Source: a virus
Lineage: Duplodnaviria > Caudoviricetes
Strand: one strand, 5' to 3'
IMG/VR virus record: IMGVR_UViG_3300046009_012335
Span: 1-54,963 of that record
Length of the DNA stretch: 54,963 nt
This document shows, in pieces, positions 40,135 through 49,456 of this stretch. The notes beneath the pieces are model-generated. The model was not told the DNA's origin, did not search any database, and was given only the letters and a program-made list of their open reading frames with translations. Numbering within the stretch: position 1 is the first letter of the stretch; each line of letters opens with the position of its first letter. Both the position numbers and the translations under genes were made by a program.

Positions 40135-42765
40135 TTAACAAGAACCGGTAAACTGTAGACAACCGTTACTGTAGTAATAGTAAGATGCAGATCCGGGTAC
40201 TCCACAATTAAATATCTCATAACCAGTGTACAGAGTTGTGCAACTACCGTTAGTGTAATATGCATAACATCCAGCTGTATCACAAAGCTGGTCATTGAAG
40301 TAATAAAGAGTTTGTTGAGCACCACAATCGTTACAATCAGTTTGGACAATCGCACTAATACATGTACATGTTCTAGGTGAAACAGATGGTGTAGGAGTTC
40401 TTGTAGGGGTTACTGAAGGTGTTCTAGTTGGTGTTACAGATGGTGTTCTGGATGGTGTTATAGAAGGTGTTCTTGATGGTACTGGAGGTGATGAGGACGG
40501 TGTTAACGATGGTGTAGATGTTCTAGATGGTGTAACTGATGGTGATGGTGTTATAGAAGGTGTTCTAGATGGTGTAACTGATGGTGATGGTGTTATAGAA
40601 GGTGTTCTAGATGGTGTAACTGATGGTGATGGTGTTATAGAAGGTGTTCTTGATGGTGTAACTGATGGTGATGGTGTTATAGAAGGTGTTCTTGATGGTG
40701 TAACTGATGGTGTAGGCGGTAATGAAGGGGTTACAGATACTGATGGTGTTCTTGATGGAGTCGTTGAAGATGTTACAGAAGGAGTGGAAGTTATAGATGG
40801 TGTTCTCGATGGTGTCAATGAAGGTGTAGGTGGTAAAGATGGTGTAACAGATACTGATGGTGTTCTTGATGGTGTCACTGATGATGTTACGGAAGGCGTA
40901 GGGGTCACTGACGATGTTCTCGTTGGTGTAATTGAAGGTGTTGGTGTAAGCGATGATGTTACTGATGGTGACGGTGTTAAAGACGGTGTTCTTGAAGGTG
41001 TAACTGAAGAAGTTACAGATGGTGTAGAAGTTATAGAAGGTGTTGATGTTATAGAAGGTGTTAATGAAGGTGTTCTTGAAGGTGTTACAGATGGTGTGGA
41101 AGTTATGGAAGGGGTAACTGAAGTGGATGGGGTTCTTGATGGTGTTACTGAAGGTGTAGTGGAAGATGTTACTGATGGTGTTGATGTAATGGAAGGTGTA
41201 GGGGTAATTGAAGATGTTACGGACGGTGTTACTGATGATGTTACTGAAGGAGTAGATGTTATAGATGATGTAACTGAAGGCGTTGGTGTAATTGAAGATG
41301 TTACTGATGGTGTAACTGAAGGTGTAATCGACGGTGTTACTGAAGCTGAAGGAGTTACTGATACTGAAGATGTAACTGTTGGAGTTACTGAAGAAGTAAC
41401 TGAAGGTGTTGGTGTAGTTGAAGATGTTACTGAAGGTGTAACTGAAGGTGTTAAGGAAGGTGTTTCTGAAACTGATGGTGTAACTGATGCAGCAGGTGTT
41501 TCAGATGGTGTTACTGAAGAAGTAACTGATGGTGTCACTGAAGAGGTTACAGTAGCTGATGGTGTAATAGAAGGCGTTACAGATGGTGTAACTGAAGGTG
41601 TTAAGGAAGGTGTTTCAGTGACTGACGGAGTTACTGAAGATGTAATAGATGGAGTAACAGACTCTGAAACTGTCACTGAAGGTGTTTGAGTTGGAGGTAA
41701 CGAAGGTGTAGCAGACTGTGACGGTGTTAGTGACGGGGTGACAGAAGGTGATTCAGATTCAGATGGGGTTATTGACGGGGTTACTGAAGTTGTAGGTGTT
41801 TCTGATGGTGTAGGCGACGGTAAAGCTAGATATGATTCGGATACTGATATTGACGGTGTTACAGATGGTGTTATAGATGATGTAGGTGTTTCTGAAGGAG
41901 TTAGAGATGGTGTTGTTGATGGAGATTCTGAAGGAGTTAAAGAAGGTGTTTCGGAAATTGAAGATGTCGGTGAAGGTGTTACTGATACTGTAAAAGATGG
42001 TGAATCTGATGGAGTAAGTGAAGGGGTTTCTGTTACTGATGGTGTAACAGATGGTGTTATTGATGCTGTCTCAGATACCGTAACAGATGGTGTTGGTGTT
42101 ATTGATAAAGTAATGCTTGGTGTTTCACTAGGAGTTAAAGAAGGTGTTTCGCTAATACTTGGCGTTAACGAAGCACCTGGGGATTCTGATGGAGTAGCTG
42201 ATGGTGTTTCTGAAGGCGTCTCAGATGGGGTAATAGACTCTGATGGTGTTAGAGATGGTGTGGGTGTAGGGGATTCAGATGGGGTAGCGGACGGTGTCTC
42301 CGATGGTGTTATTGATGATGTAGCTGTGGGTGTTTCTGACGGTGTTAGTGAAGGAGTCTCAGTAACGGTAGGAGTTAATGATGGTGTCTCAGTAACGGAA
42401 GGTGTTAGCGATGCCCCGGCTGATTGAGATGGTGTAGATGTTGGTGTTTCAGATGGTGTAATAGAAACTGATGGTGTTTCAGATGGAGTAATTGAAGGGC
42501 TGATCGATAAAGTTAATGATGGAGTAACTGATGGTGTAAAAGACGCAGATGGCTGGATAGGTGCCTCTGAAAGTGATGGAGTTATTGACGGTGTAAATGA
42601 AGGGGTTACAGATGGTGTTATTGATGGTGTGGAGAATGGTGTCGGTGAGGGTGATACAGCAATTACCGAACTAGATGGCGATGGAGTTGGTGAAACCGTG
42701 AATATAGGTGTAGGTGCTAAGAACGCAGCACTGAACAGAGAATTTTGTATAGCACCAAACGGCAT
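40135..42765 (-). CDS. Mucin-like stalk fibre protein with Cys-rich C-terminal tip
   Basis: MPFGA N-terminus, about 770 aa S/T/P repeats, about 80-aa tip with 11 Cys and many Tyr. Confidence 0.85.
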   Translation of the reverse strand: MPFGAIQNSLFSAAFLAPTPIFTVSPTPSPSSSVIAVSPSPTPFSTPSITPSVTPSFTPSITPSLSEAPIQPSASFTPSVTPSLTLSISPSITPSETPSVSITPSETPTSTPSQSAGASLTPSVTETPSLTPTVTETPSLTPSETPTATSSITPSETPSATPSESPTPTPSLTPSESITPSETPSETPSATPSESPGASLTPSISETPSLTPSETPSITLSITPTPSVTVSETASITPSVTPSVTETPSLTPSDSPSFTVSVTPSPTSSISETPSLTPSESPSTTPSLTPSETPTSSITPSVTPSISVSESYLALPSPTPSETPTTSVTPSITPSESESPSVTPSLTPSQSATPSLPPTQTPSVTVSESVTPSITSSVTPSVTETPSLTPSVTPSVTPSITPSATVTSSVTPSVTSSVTPSETPAASVTPSVSETPSLTPSVTPSVTSSTTPTPSVTSSVTPTVTSSVSVTPSASVTPSITPSVTPSVTSSITPTPSVTSSITSTPSVTSSVTPSVTSSITPTPSITSTPSVTSSTTPSVTPSRTPSTSVTPSITSTPSVTPSRTPSLTPSITSTPSITSTPSVTSSVTPSRTPSLTPSPSVTSSLTPTPSITPTRTSSVTPTPSVTSSVTPSRTPSVSVTPSLPPTPSLTPSRTPSITSTPSVTSSTTPSRTPSVSVTPSLPPTPSVTPSRTPSITPSPSVTPSRTPSITPSPSVTPSRTPSITPSPSVTPSRTPSITPSPSVTPSRTSTPSLTPSSSPPVPSRTPSITPSRTPSVTPTRTPSVTPTRTPTPSVSPRTCTCISAIVQTDCNDCGAQQTLYYFNDQLCDTAGCYAYYTNGSCTTLYTGYEIFNCGVPGSASYYYYSNGCLQFTGSC
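40519..40712 (+). repeat. 42-bp near-perfect tandem repeat, about 4.6 copies (encodes [14 protein letters not shown]-type unit on - strand)
   Basis: TGTTCT(A/T)GATGGTGTAACTGATGGTGATGGTGTTATAGAAGG starting at 40519, 40561, 40603, 40645, 40687. Confidence 0.92.
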
Positions 42766-42805
42766 TTATTTTATTTAATAATGTTTCTATAAAATATAGA
42801 AACTA

Positions 42806-44020
42806 TTAAGAAAAGTTCTGACCTGCAGTAAACCCATACCAGGTCGAACCACCGTCATTTGTAATAAATGTATAAAAATCAGTTGCATTTATCGCAGATG
42901 TCATTAAAGGTACATTACCTTGATTCCATTTCAATGTCTTACCGGTAAATGCGAAATTTACTAATCTACCACCAACAGCATCTTGCGATAAGAATAGTGC
43001 AAATGAATTAACTTTATTTTCTAAGAAGTTAATTATATTAAAGGAATTTATATTCGATGTCAATGTAACATTAAACGTTGTACCATTGTCTAAATTAATT
43101 GTTACTACGTTTGATAATGGTGTTAAACCACTATATCTTTCAGCTACACTTGCATTTAATACAATGTGATTCTTTATATCTAAACCTTCAACGTATGTAT
43201 AATTTGCTGAAACTGTAGTTATATTAGAACCAATTACAAAAGCATTGTTATGATTAACAACATTACTTTGACCACCTAATATAGCATTGTCGCTTGTTGC
43301 AGCAGCAATTGTATTATTTTCACCAGAACCAATAAATGATCCTAATCCTCCTGCAACGTTATTAAATCCACCTGCTACAGCTGAGTAAATATCATTAGCT
43401 TCATTTTGTCTACCACCACCTACAAAACTGTAATCACCTATTACTTGATTAGATTTACCACCACCAATAACACCAGCAACACTTGGATTATTATTACCAT
43501 CACCTGCACCGATAAAGCTAAAATTACCAGCTGCAGAATTTGCAATACCACCAGCAATAGAAGCTTGTTGGCCAGTAACGTTATTACTTGCACCAACTTG
43601 TAAAGCACTTAAACTTGGCTTATATACAAAACCACCATCAGCACCTAAAAACCCAGCACTGTTATATTGAACAAATGTATTTTGTCCTGCAGCAGCTGGA
43701 GTAACTGGTGTAACTATAGTACCGTAAATGTTACCAGTTGCTGATAAATTACCAACAATAGAAAGCTTTTCACCTGGCAACTCTGTACCAATACCTATAT
43801 TCGTACCATTAACTGCTATAATGTTATTAGACCAGAATCTTTCACCAGTTAATGGATTAGAAAGTAAAAAGTATTTAGAACTATCTAGTCCTGTTTTAGC
43901 AGGAAGATACAGATTAGGTTCAGCATTCGGTAAGCTTAAAAACTTGTACCTTACTGGATCGGCACTAACAGGAGGATTGGTAGTTACTCTACCAAGTATA
44001 GTTTGTACATTTGTTGCCAT
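42806..44020 (-). CDS. Tail fibre protein (Gly-rich IGGG..N repeats, C-terminal adaptor-like domain)
   Basis: RYKFLSLPNAEPNL, NIGIGT, (I/V)xGGxxN 14-aa repeats, C-terminal TNDGGSTWYG..GQNF. Confidence 0.75.
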   Translation of the reverse strand: MATNVQTILGRVTTNPPVSADPVRYKFLSLPNAEPNLYLPAKTGLDSSKYFLLSNPLTGERFWSNNIIAVNGTNIGIGTELPGEKLSIVGNLSATGNIYGTIVTPVTPAAAGQNTFVQYNSAGFLGADGGFVYKPSLSALQVGASNNVTGQQASIAGGIANSAAGNFSFIGAGDGNNNPSVAGVIGGGKSNQVIGDYSFVGGGRQNEANDIYSAVAGGFNNVAGGLGSFIGSGENNTIAAATSDNAILGGQSNVVNHNNAFVIGSNITTVSANYTYVEGLDIKNHIVLNASVAERYSGLTPLSNVVTINLDNGTTFNVTLTSNINSFNIINFLENKVNSFALFLSQDAVGGRLVNFAFTGKTLKWNQGNVPLMTSAINATDFYTFITNDGGSTWYGFTAGQNFS

Positions 44021-44030
44021 TTTTTAATTA

Positions 44031-44399
44031 TTATTCGACACCTGGAAGATTTAATGTCTCAAGGACTGATAATGTTAAATCAACAGCACTGCTATTATTA
44101 CATAATGCGTACATTGCATCATACTGATTTAAAACTATCTTACCTATTGCAACATTAGTTGTGTCATTTGGTGGGATTACTAAATTCTTAACAATATCGT
44201 AATATGGTAAAGTACTTACATTAGGACCACCTATGCCAGAAATACCTACTGTAATCGTCTGAGGATTAGAAGTCTTATTCGCAGCTAAAACAGTTAACAT
44301 AATAGCAGCTGTATCGAAAGGAGCTGAATACACCTGTGAGTAAGTAGTGCCTAGTGTTGACGCTGTTCTTAAGAAAAAGTTTAGAGGTACTTGTGCCAT
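44031..44399 (-). CDS. Small virion structural protein (T4-like marine/freshwater phage type)
   Basis: VYSAP...IVKNLVIPPND...GKIVL...LTLSVLET; late promoter 44407-44412. Confidence 0.65.
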   Translation of the reverse strand: MAQVPLNFFLRTASTLGTTYSQVYSAPFDTAAIMLTVLAANKTSNPQTITVGISGIGGPNVSTLPYYDIVKNLVIPPNDTTNVAIGKIVLNQYDAMYALCNNSSAVDLTLSVLETLNLPGVE

Positions 44400-44409
44400 A
44401 TAAAATTAT

Positions 44410-46530
44410 TTATTCTAACGAAAGTGTTAAAGGTGTTACTAGAGCAAGAATAGATCTCTGGAACGTGCGGCCTTCAATAACACCTGTCTCTTGCACGATT
44501 GTAAATCCATTACCTACTCTAAAGTCACCGAAGTTGTTCGTTGACGTAAAGTAAACGCTAGCACCTCCTGTTGCAGAGGTTTCTTGTACAATAGAACCCA
44601 CACCACCTAATGATGGTAAAGCTCTTGATAATACATTGCCAGAGCCAACGTACTCAAATGTATGTGAGCTTGTTGTAATTTGACTCTTTAGATAGAAGTT
44701 TACTGTACCATTTGCTGGTATTGGGTTAGTAGTTGCAGCAATATTGCGTAATTGGAATGCAGCATTTGCTGGATTGGTATTTGTAACTACATCAACTGCG
44801 TATAAAGTACCAGGAGCTGGATCGTTACTAATTGTATACACTAAGCCATTATATGGAGCAGAAATAGGTACTGTCCAAGAATTATGTGTATTATACGTTG
44901 GTAATGTATATGTAGCAAACGCACCTGATACGTTAATTGTATCAGTATTAAACGGAATGTCTTGAGTAACAAGAGCCGTTAATACTGGAGCACTTGAATA
45001 GCCTTGAGCTAATAATCCGAAAATACCGAATGAACAATTAGAAGTATTAATTGAGCATTGACCACCGTTATCAGCTTGTACACCTGATGAACAGCAAATA
45101 GTAAATGTCGATACTAATTGTGCATACCCGTTATTAGTAATGTGAATACCAATACCACCTTGATTGGTTTGTGTGAATGAATCTAATACAAAGCTTCTTA
45201 AAAAGCCTCTTACTAAATTACCATCAACTCTAATACCGCAACCACCTGGCTTACCATTATCAGGATCGCCAGTAATAGATGAACAACCTTGTACGTAAGG
45301 CGATGTTACGATAAATGGTCTTGTACTTGGTGAAGCGATATTATATAGATTTGGTTGACCAACTTCATCCCCGTAACGATAAGCTTTAGCTGTCATTGCA
45401 TCATTACGTGTCGTCCAAGGCACTCCTGAACCAGAAGACAATACTGGGAATGCATTTGCAGCAGCTGGTGATTGGTGATTTCTAAAAGTAAAGCCCCAAG
45501 TATAGTTAGCATTATTTTGCCATAAGATATCGTAAGTTGGATTCTTAGCAAAAATGTTTGCTCTTCTTAAGTTATCACTCATCAATGATGTTGATGGTGG
45601 TAAGTAGATTGGATTTTCTTCAACGTAATTACCAGCATAGCACCAAATTGTATATTGCTTATTTGCACTTAATCCTGGAGCTCCTGGATTGTCTGGATTG
45701 CTGAATAGACCTGTTTGATTCTTAGCAACATAAGCTGCAGCTCTCTTAATCGTTCTGAACGGTGTGAACATCGTTTCACCGTCATTGTTATCGTCACCTG
45801 ATACTGAAACGTAAACTGTATTAGCAATTGGAGGTAATGCTGCAGCAACATCTGCATATAACGTACCAGTTACTGATAAACTACCGTTAATAGTTCCGGT
45901 TTCAGCAGCTGCAATATTAAATCCTGGAACTGTATCAGTACCAACCGCTAACTTCTTTGCAAATAGATCATCACGTACCGATAAGCTACCTGTCATTGAA
46001 TCGCCGGAAGCGTTAACGTAACGTGTATCTAACTCCGGTAATGAAAGTCTCGCTGATTGTGAATTTGTGTATAAAAATGCATTGTACCATTCAGTTGAAT
46101 TACCATCATTACCAGCATATACTAAATACTTTGCACTTAAATTCTCAACTAACGTATAATTGTCAGCGAATGCTTGTATGTCATTACCAACGATGAAAGT
46201 GAAATTGTAATTGTTTGTGTTTCTTCTACCACCTAATATACCACCGTAAGCACCGGTTTGTAAATTATCATTACCTATCTGTAAAGAACTTAAAGAAGCT
46301 TTGTAAATAAAGCCACCGTAAGCAGATAAATTATCATTTTCATTTACTTGAACCCAGCCATTGTCACCAGCTGCAGATAAATCAATACCAAGATTGAAAT
46401 AATCCTGTAAAGTGGATAGTTCAACCTTATAAGTGGTTGCACCGTGTACGATAGGCAGTACGTCCCCTGCCGTTAAAGGTAAAACTGTTTGATTAACTAC
46501 CGGAAGTTCAGAAATTTTTACGAAGGACAT
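44410..46530 (-). CDS. Tail fibre/spike protein with beta-helix (pectin-lyase-like) domain
   Basis: VKISELP N-terminus; VYVSVSGDDNNDG...PFRTIKRA, GNYVEENPI, SPYVQ, DSFTQ, SHTFEYVGSG. Confidence 0.75.
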   Translation of the reverse strand: MSFVKISELPVVNQTVLPLTAGDVLPIVHGATTYKVELSTLQDYFNLGIDLSAAGDNGWVQVNENDNLSAYGGFIYKASLSSLQIGNDNLQTGAYGGILGGRRNTNNYNFTFIVGNDIQAFADNYTLVENLSAKYLVYAGNDGNSTEWYNAFLYTNSQSARLSLPELDTRYVNASGDSMTGSLSVRDDLFAKKLAVGTDTVPGFNIAAAETGTINGSLSVTGTLYADVAAALPPIANTVYVSVSGDDNNDGETMFTPFRTIKRAAAYVAKNQTGLFSNPDNPGAPGLSANKQYTIWCYAGNYVEENPIYLPPSTSLMSDNLRRANIFAKNPTYDILWQNNANYTWGFTFRNHQSPAAANAFPVLSSGSGVPWTTRNDAMTAKAYRYGDEVGQPNLYNIASPSTRPFIVTSPYVQGCSSITGDPDNGKPGGCGIRVDGNLVRGFLRSFVLDSFTQTNQGGIGIHITNNGYAQLVSTFTICCSSGVQADNGGQCSINTSNCSFGIFGLLAQGYSSAPVLTALVTQDIPFNTDTINVSGAFATYTLPTYNTHNSWTVPISAPYNGLVYTISNDPAPGTLYAVDVVTNTNPANAAFQLRNIAATTNPIPANGTVNFYLKSQITTSSHTFEYVGSGNVLSRALPSLGGVGSIVQETSATGGASVYFTSTNNFGDFRVGNGFTIVQETGVIEGRTFQRSILALVTPLTLSLE

Positions 46531-46598
46531 TTATATTATTTATTGGCTGAATAGATTAAAATGCACTAAACCAATTGAAAATACTACTTGACTTACTC

Positions 46599-46614
46599 GG
46601 AACTAATATATTAT
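46599..46614 (+). promoter_or_regulatory. GGAAC-N5-TATTAT promoter
   Basis: 6 nt upstream of ATG 46621. Confidence 0.65.
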
Positions 46615-46620
46615 AGACGT

Positions 46621-46845
46621 ATGACGATTGCAGAAATTCTAATTAACTTCATTAAGAGCGGTCAGCTTCGTGCTGACAAGCCTGCCTTTGTTGCAGGTAT
46701 GGGAGAAGTCTGGAAGTTTATTCCAGATAGGGTTTACGGACCCGGTATTCTCGTTAATAATATCACTGGAAACGTGCTTTCAGTTGCTGAGATTAGTGAT
46801 CGAGTTATCGATCCTCAGTATAATGATTGGGCTGTACTCCGTTAA
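46621..46845 (+). CDS. Hypothetical protein; start revised to ATG 46621
   Basis: In-frame ATG directly after the promoter motif. Confidence 0.65.
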   Translation: MTIAEILINFIKSGQLRADKPAFVAGMGEVWKFIPDRVYGPGILVNNITGNVLSVAEISDRVIDPQYNDWAVLR

Positions 46846-46849
46846 AAAC

Positions 46850-46865
46850 GGAACAGTTTTATAAT
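46850..46865 (+). promoter_or_regulatory. GGAAC-N5-TATAAT promoter
   Basis: 5 nt upstream of ATG 46871. Confidence 0.7.
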
Positions 46866-46870
46866 AAAGA

Positions 46871-47278
46871 ATGGCACGTAAACATAAGTTCTTCAACTAC
46901 GAATTCGAAGATGGTACTGTTCAAGTGCCTTCTTCATATAAAGCTAAATGCAACATCTCTGGTGAGTTTGTACCGATTTATCATAAGAATCTGGTAAAAC
47001 TTATTGAAAAGGATTACAAGAATAATTTCAGTTTGTTTGTAAAAACGTTTTCTCAAAAGGGTGCTAAAAAGAAGCAACAAGAGGAAGCAGGTTATAATGG
47101 AGACAAGTATTCATTGAATGCTTACTCTGATTATCTTGTAATATGTTATCAAGGGTGTATTGAAACTTTGAAAGACAATTATAATAAATCTGCAATTGCT
47201 AAAGCTAAAACTGAAATGTCTTTTCTAGCTGATTGTTTTCATCGCCATTTTAATCGCGACATTAAGAAATTTGTCTAG
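46871..47278 (+). CDS. Hypothetical protein (135 aa)
   Basis: ORF with own promoter motif. Confidence 0.75.
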   Translation: MARKHKFFNYEFEDGTVQVPSSYKAKCNISGEFVPIYHKNLVKLIEKDYKNNFSLFVKTFSQKGAKKKQQEEAGYNGDKYSLNAYSDYLVICYQGCIETLKDNYNKSAIAKAKTEMSFLADCFHRHFNRDIKKFV

Positions 47279-47293
47279 GAACTGTGATACAAT
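47278..47293 (+). promoter_or_regulatory. GGAAC-N5-TACAAT promoter
   Basis: 6 nt upstream of ATG 47300. Confidence 0.7.
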
Positions 47294-47299
47294 ATAACT

Positions 47300-48238
47300 A
47301 TGCAACTCAATATCGACTCGTCTACGTTTACTAAGGTATCTGATATTCAAATTCCGGATGTATTTTATCGCCGGATGAAGACTGGAGTAACTGAAATTGA
47401 TGAACTATTCGGTGAAGGTATTCTTCCTGGATCATCTTTTACAGTTACTGCTCGTGCAGGGTGTGGTAAGACAACGTTTCTTCTGCAAGTGTTTGAAGCA
47501 TTGGCTAATATGGGGTATTCAGTAGGTTATACTTCTGGTGAAGAGAATACTTTCCAACTTGCATTCAATTGCAGACGTCTTAATGTTAAGAGTGTTCGTA
47601 TTGCTAATCTTACTGACGTTGATGAAATTGTGAATCAAATGGTAGATCTTGATGCTATTGTTATTGATTCGTTTCAATCTTTGTCTAGTAAGACGGAAAT
47701 GAATACAAGAGAGTTTGAAACTTATGCAGTTAATACTCTTGTACAAGCAGCTAAGACACATGAGTGTTCTATCTTTTTTATCATGCATCTTACTAAGGCA
47801 GGTGTGCTTAAGGGAGGTACTCTTATTCCGCATACTGTAGATGTTAATATGATGATTGAAGTAGATGAAGAAGCTGGTGATGACCGCTCTCGTATTATCT
47901 CTTTCTATAAGAATCGTTTTGGTCCTTGTAATTCTTTTAGTACCCTTCTTACTGAAACTGGATTTATGATGCTCGGTAAGTATGTTGTTATGGATAGTAC
48001 TATCAATAAGAAGCAACGTATGAAAAGCAATTCAGATAAAGTACTTGCAATGACTGAGCCTCCTTTCATTACTAAGAAGCGTGTAATGAATGAGCTTAAT
48101 CTTACTTCGTCTCAAGCGTATGTGTTGCTTAAGGAAATGTGCGATCGCGATCTTATTAAGAAGTTTGGTCGTGGAGATGATGCTGTATACAAGGCAGTAC
48201 GTGTAAATATTAATCAAGAAGTCGAAGCAGACTTTTGA
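47300..48238 (+). CDS. RadA/Sms-like RecA-fold ATPase with C-terminal winged-helix
   Basis: TGVTEIDELFG.GILPGS, AGCGKTT, YTSGEE, IVIDSFQ, HLTKAG, HTVD, KNRFG (RadA signature). Confidence 0.85.
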   Translation: MQLNIDSSTFTKVSDIQIPDVFYRRMKTGVTEIDELFGEGILPGSSFTVTARAGCGKTTFLLQVFEALANMGYSVGYTSGEENTFQLAFNCRRLNVKSVRIANLTDVDEIVNQMVDLDAIVIDSFQSLSSKTEMNTREFETYAVNTLVQAAKTHECSIFFIMHLTKAGVLKGGTLIPHTVDVNMMIEVDEEAGDDRSRIISFYKNRFGPCNSFSTLLTETGFMMLGKYVVMDSTINKKQRMKSNSDKVLAMTEPPFITKKRVMNELNLTSSQAYVLLKEMCDRDLIKKFGRGDDAVYKAVRVNINQEVEADF

Positions 48239-48243
48239 TTTTT

Positions 48244-48259
48244 GGAACATCTTTAATAT
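48244..48259 (+). promoter_or_regulatory. GGAAC-N5-TAATAT promoter upstream of tRNA-Leu
   Basis: Motif match; boxA-like GTTCTTTAA at 48272-48280. Confidence 0.6.
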
Positions 48260-48282
48260 ATAGATGTAATAGTTCTTTAAAT

Positions 48283-48368
48283 GCCCGAGTGGTGGAACGG
48301 TAGACACTACAGACTTAAAATCTGTTGTTCGAGAGGACGTGCCGGTTCGAGTCCGGCCTCGGGTACCA
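48283..48368 (+). tRNA. tRNA-Leu (TAA)
   Basis: GCCCGAG/CTCGGGT acceptor, ACAGA-CTTAAAA-TCTGT, variable arm, GTTCGA T-loop, encoded CCA. Confidence 0.96.
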
Positions 48369-48375
48369 TTTTTGT

Positions 48376-48846
48376 ATGATTATCTTTAAACCTTCTGCGG
48401 AAATTAAAAAAAGATTCAAAGATATAGATTTCAAAAGCTTGTCAATGGTTTATTCATTGCTGCTTTCAAGTGTGGAGAAAGGAAAGAAAAAACAGAGTAA
48501 AATTTATACCATTAATCTTTACTATTCAAAAAAGACTAGTTCGTATTATTACTTTAAACGCGATCACATTACCTTTGGTAGTGATGTTCAGACAACAAGA
48601 GCTTTTCATGTAAGTCTCTTGCATGAGTTTAGACATTTTTGTCAAGACCGTTGTTTGAAGATTCCATTTACAGTAAAAAATTATAATGACGCTACGTACT
48701 CAACGTATATGAATTCTCCTATTGAGATTGATGCGAACAATTACACAACTAATAACATTGCTCGTGTAATGCAATATTATAAGAGGATTGTGTCATTGAG
48801 AAATAAATTTGCTGAATTTAGTGATTATACGGGAAACAAAGTATAA
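48376..48846 (+). CDS. Putative zinc metallopeptidase (HExxH); start revised to ATG 48376
   Basis: [10 protein letters not shown]...SPIEIDA zincin pattern; the longer ORF start lies inside tRNA-Leu. Confidence 0.65.
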   Translation: MIIFKPSAEIKKRFKDIDFKSLSMVYSLLLSSVEKGKKKQSKIYTINLYYSKKTSSYYYFKRDHITFGSDVQTTRAFHVSLLHEFRHFCQDRCLKIPFTVKNYNDATYSTYMNSPIEIDANNYTTNNIARVMQYYKRIVSLRNKFAEFSDYTGNKV

Positions 48847-48853
48847 TATTAAT

Positions 48854-49084
48854 ATGCAAGACGATCGAGTTCAAAAACTTATTGAGATGGGTATTCTGCC
48901 TGATCCTAATTACGTTCCTCGTGAAACTGGACGTAATCGTTTTGGGCGTATGATATATGGGCATAAGACCGCTGGTACTATTGAAATTCTTACTAAAGAG
49001 ACTTTCGACGATACTAAGCGTTATTACGTGGCTAATGGTGCGCGTTCAGCAGTAAAAAACTTTTCTAAAAACGTATGCAAGTAA
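48854..49084 (+). CDS. Hypothetical protein; start revised to ATG 48854
   Basis: GGAAA-N5-TATAAT-N6-ATG upstream. Confidence 0.65.
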   Translation: MQDDRVQKLIEMGILPDPNYVPRETGRNRFGRMIYGHKTAGTIEILTKETFDDTKRYYVANGARSAVKNFSKNVCK

Positions 49085-49266
49085 ATAGTGAATTCATAGA
49101 CAGGATTATTATAGCTGCGGAAAGAGAGATCCAAGGTAAGCAAATGGTAAATGTAAGTGTTGTTGAAAACCTTATTGAAACATTGCGTACTATTAATAAT
49201 GCAAGTGCTATTCATGCAATTGATTCAACAATTGTAGACAATCAGCATCTTTTGAACTATGATTAA
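49075..49266 (+). CDS. Hypothetical protein (63 aa)
   Basis: Overlapping chain of small ORFs. Confidence 0.6.
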   Translation: MQVNSEFIDRIIIAAEREIQGKQMVNVSVVENLIETLRTINNASAIHAIDSTIVDNQHLLNYD

Positions 49267-49456
49267 TAAAGAGGATATAGTTTTCGAAGCTAAGGTGAGT
49301 GGGTATTATTTTTACTATGATGGTGATTTCATCAGTATGTACGATGACCAAGCCATCGATAATAAAAACGCTAATTGTGTATCGAGATCTAGAACAAATT
49401 GTAAGACGAAGAAGGACTTCGAACTAGAAACTATCTATATGGTGCATAATCTTTAA
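49259..49456 (+). CDS. Hypothetical protein (65 aa)
   Basis: Overlapping chain of small ORFs, converges on the next gene. Confidence 0.6.
   Translation: MINKEDIVFEAKVSGYYFYYDGDFISMYDDQAIDNKNANCVSRSRTNCKTKKDFELETIYMVHNL

Noticed and set aside
40122-40355. 77-aa alternative-frame ORF over the Cys-rich tip (possible frameshift product)
   Set aside because: No slippery site or start signal identified; likely incidental
40519-40712. Possible CRISPR array
   Set aside because: Repeats are contiguous with no unique spacers and are in-frame coding; no cas operon in the window
37873-42427. Long GVTEGV-type ORFs on + strand (37873, 38395, 40784, 41738)
   Set aside because: Antisense shadows of the two mucin-like genes; no promoter or credible start
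35910-42765. Diversity-generating retroelement acting on fibre tips
   Set aside because: No reverse transcriptase and no TR/VR pair differing at adenines seen in this window
42783-42803. GTTTCTATA/TATAGAAAC hairpin as terminator
   Set aside because: AT-rich stem with no U-tract on the coding (-) strand; left uncalled
48325-48375. N-terminal extension of the HExxH ORF
   Set aside because: Lies within tRNA-Leu; ATG 48376 preferred
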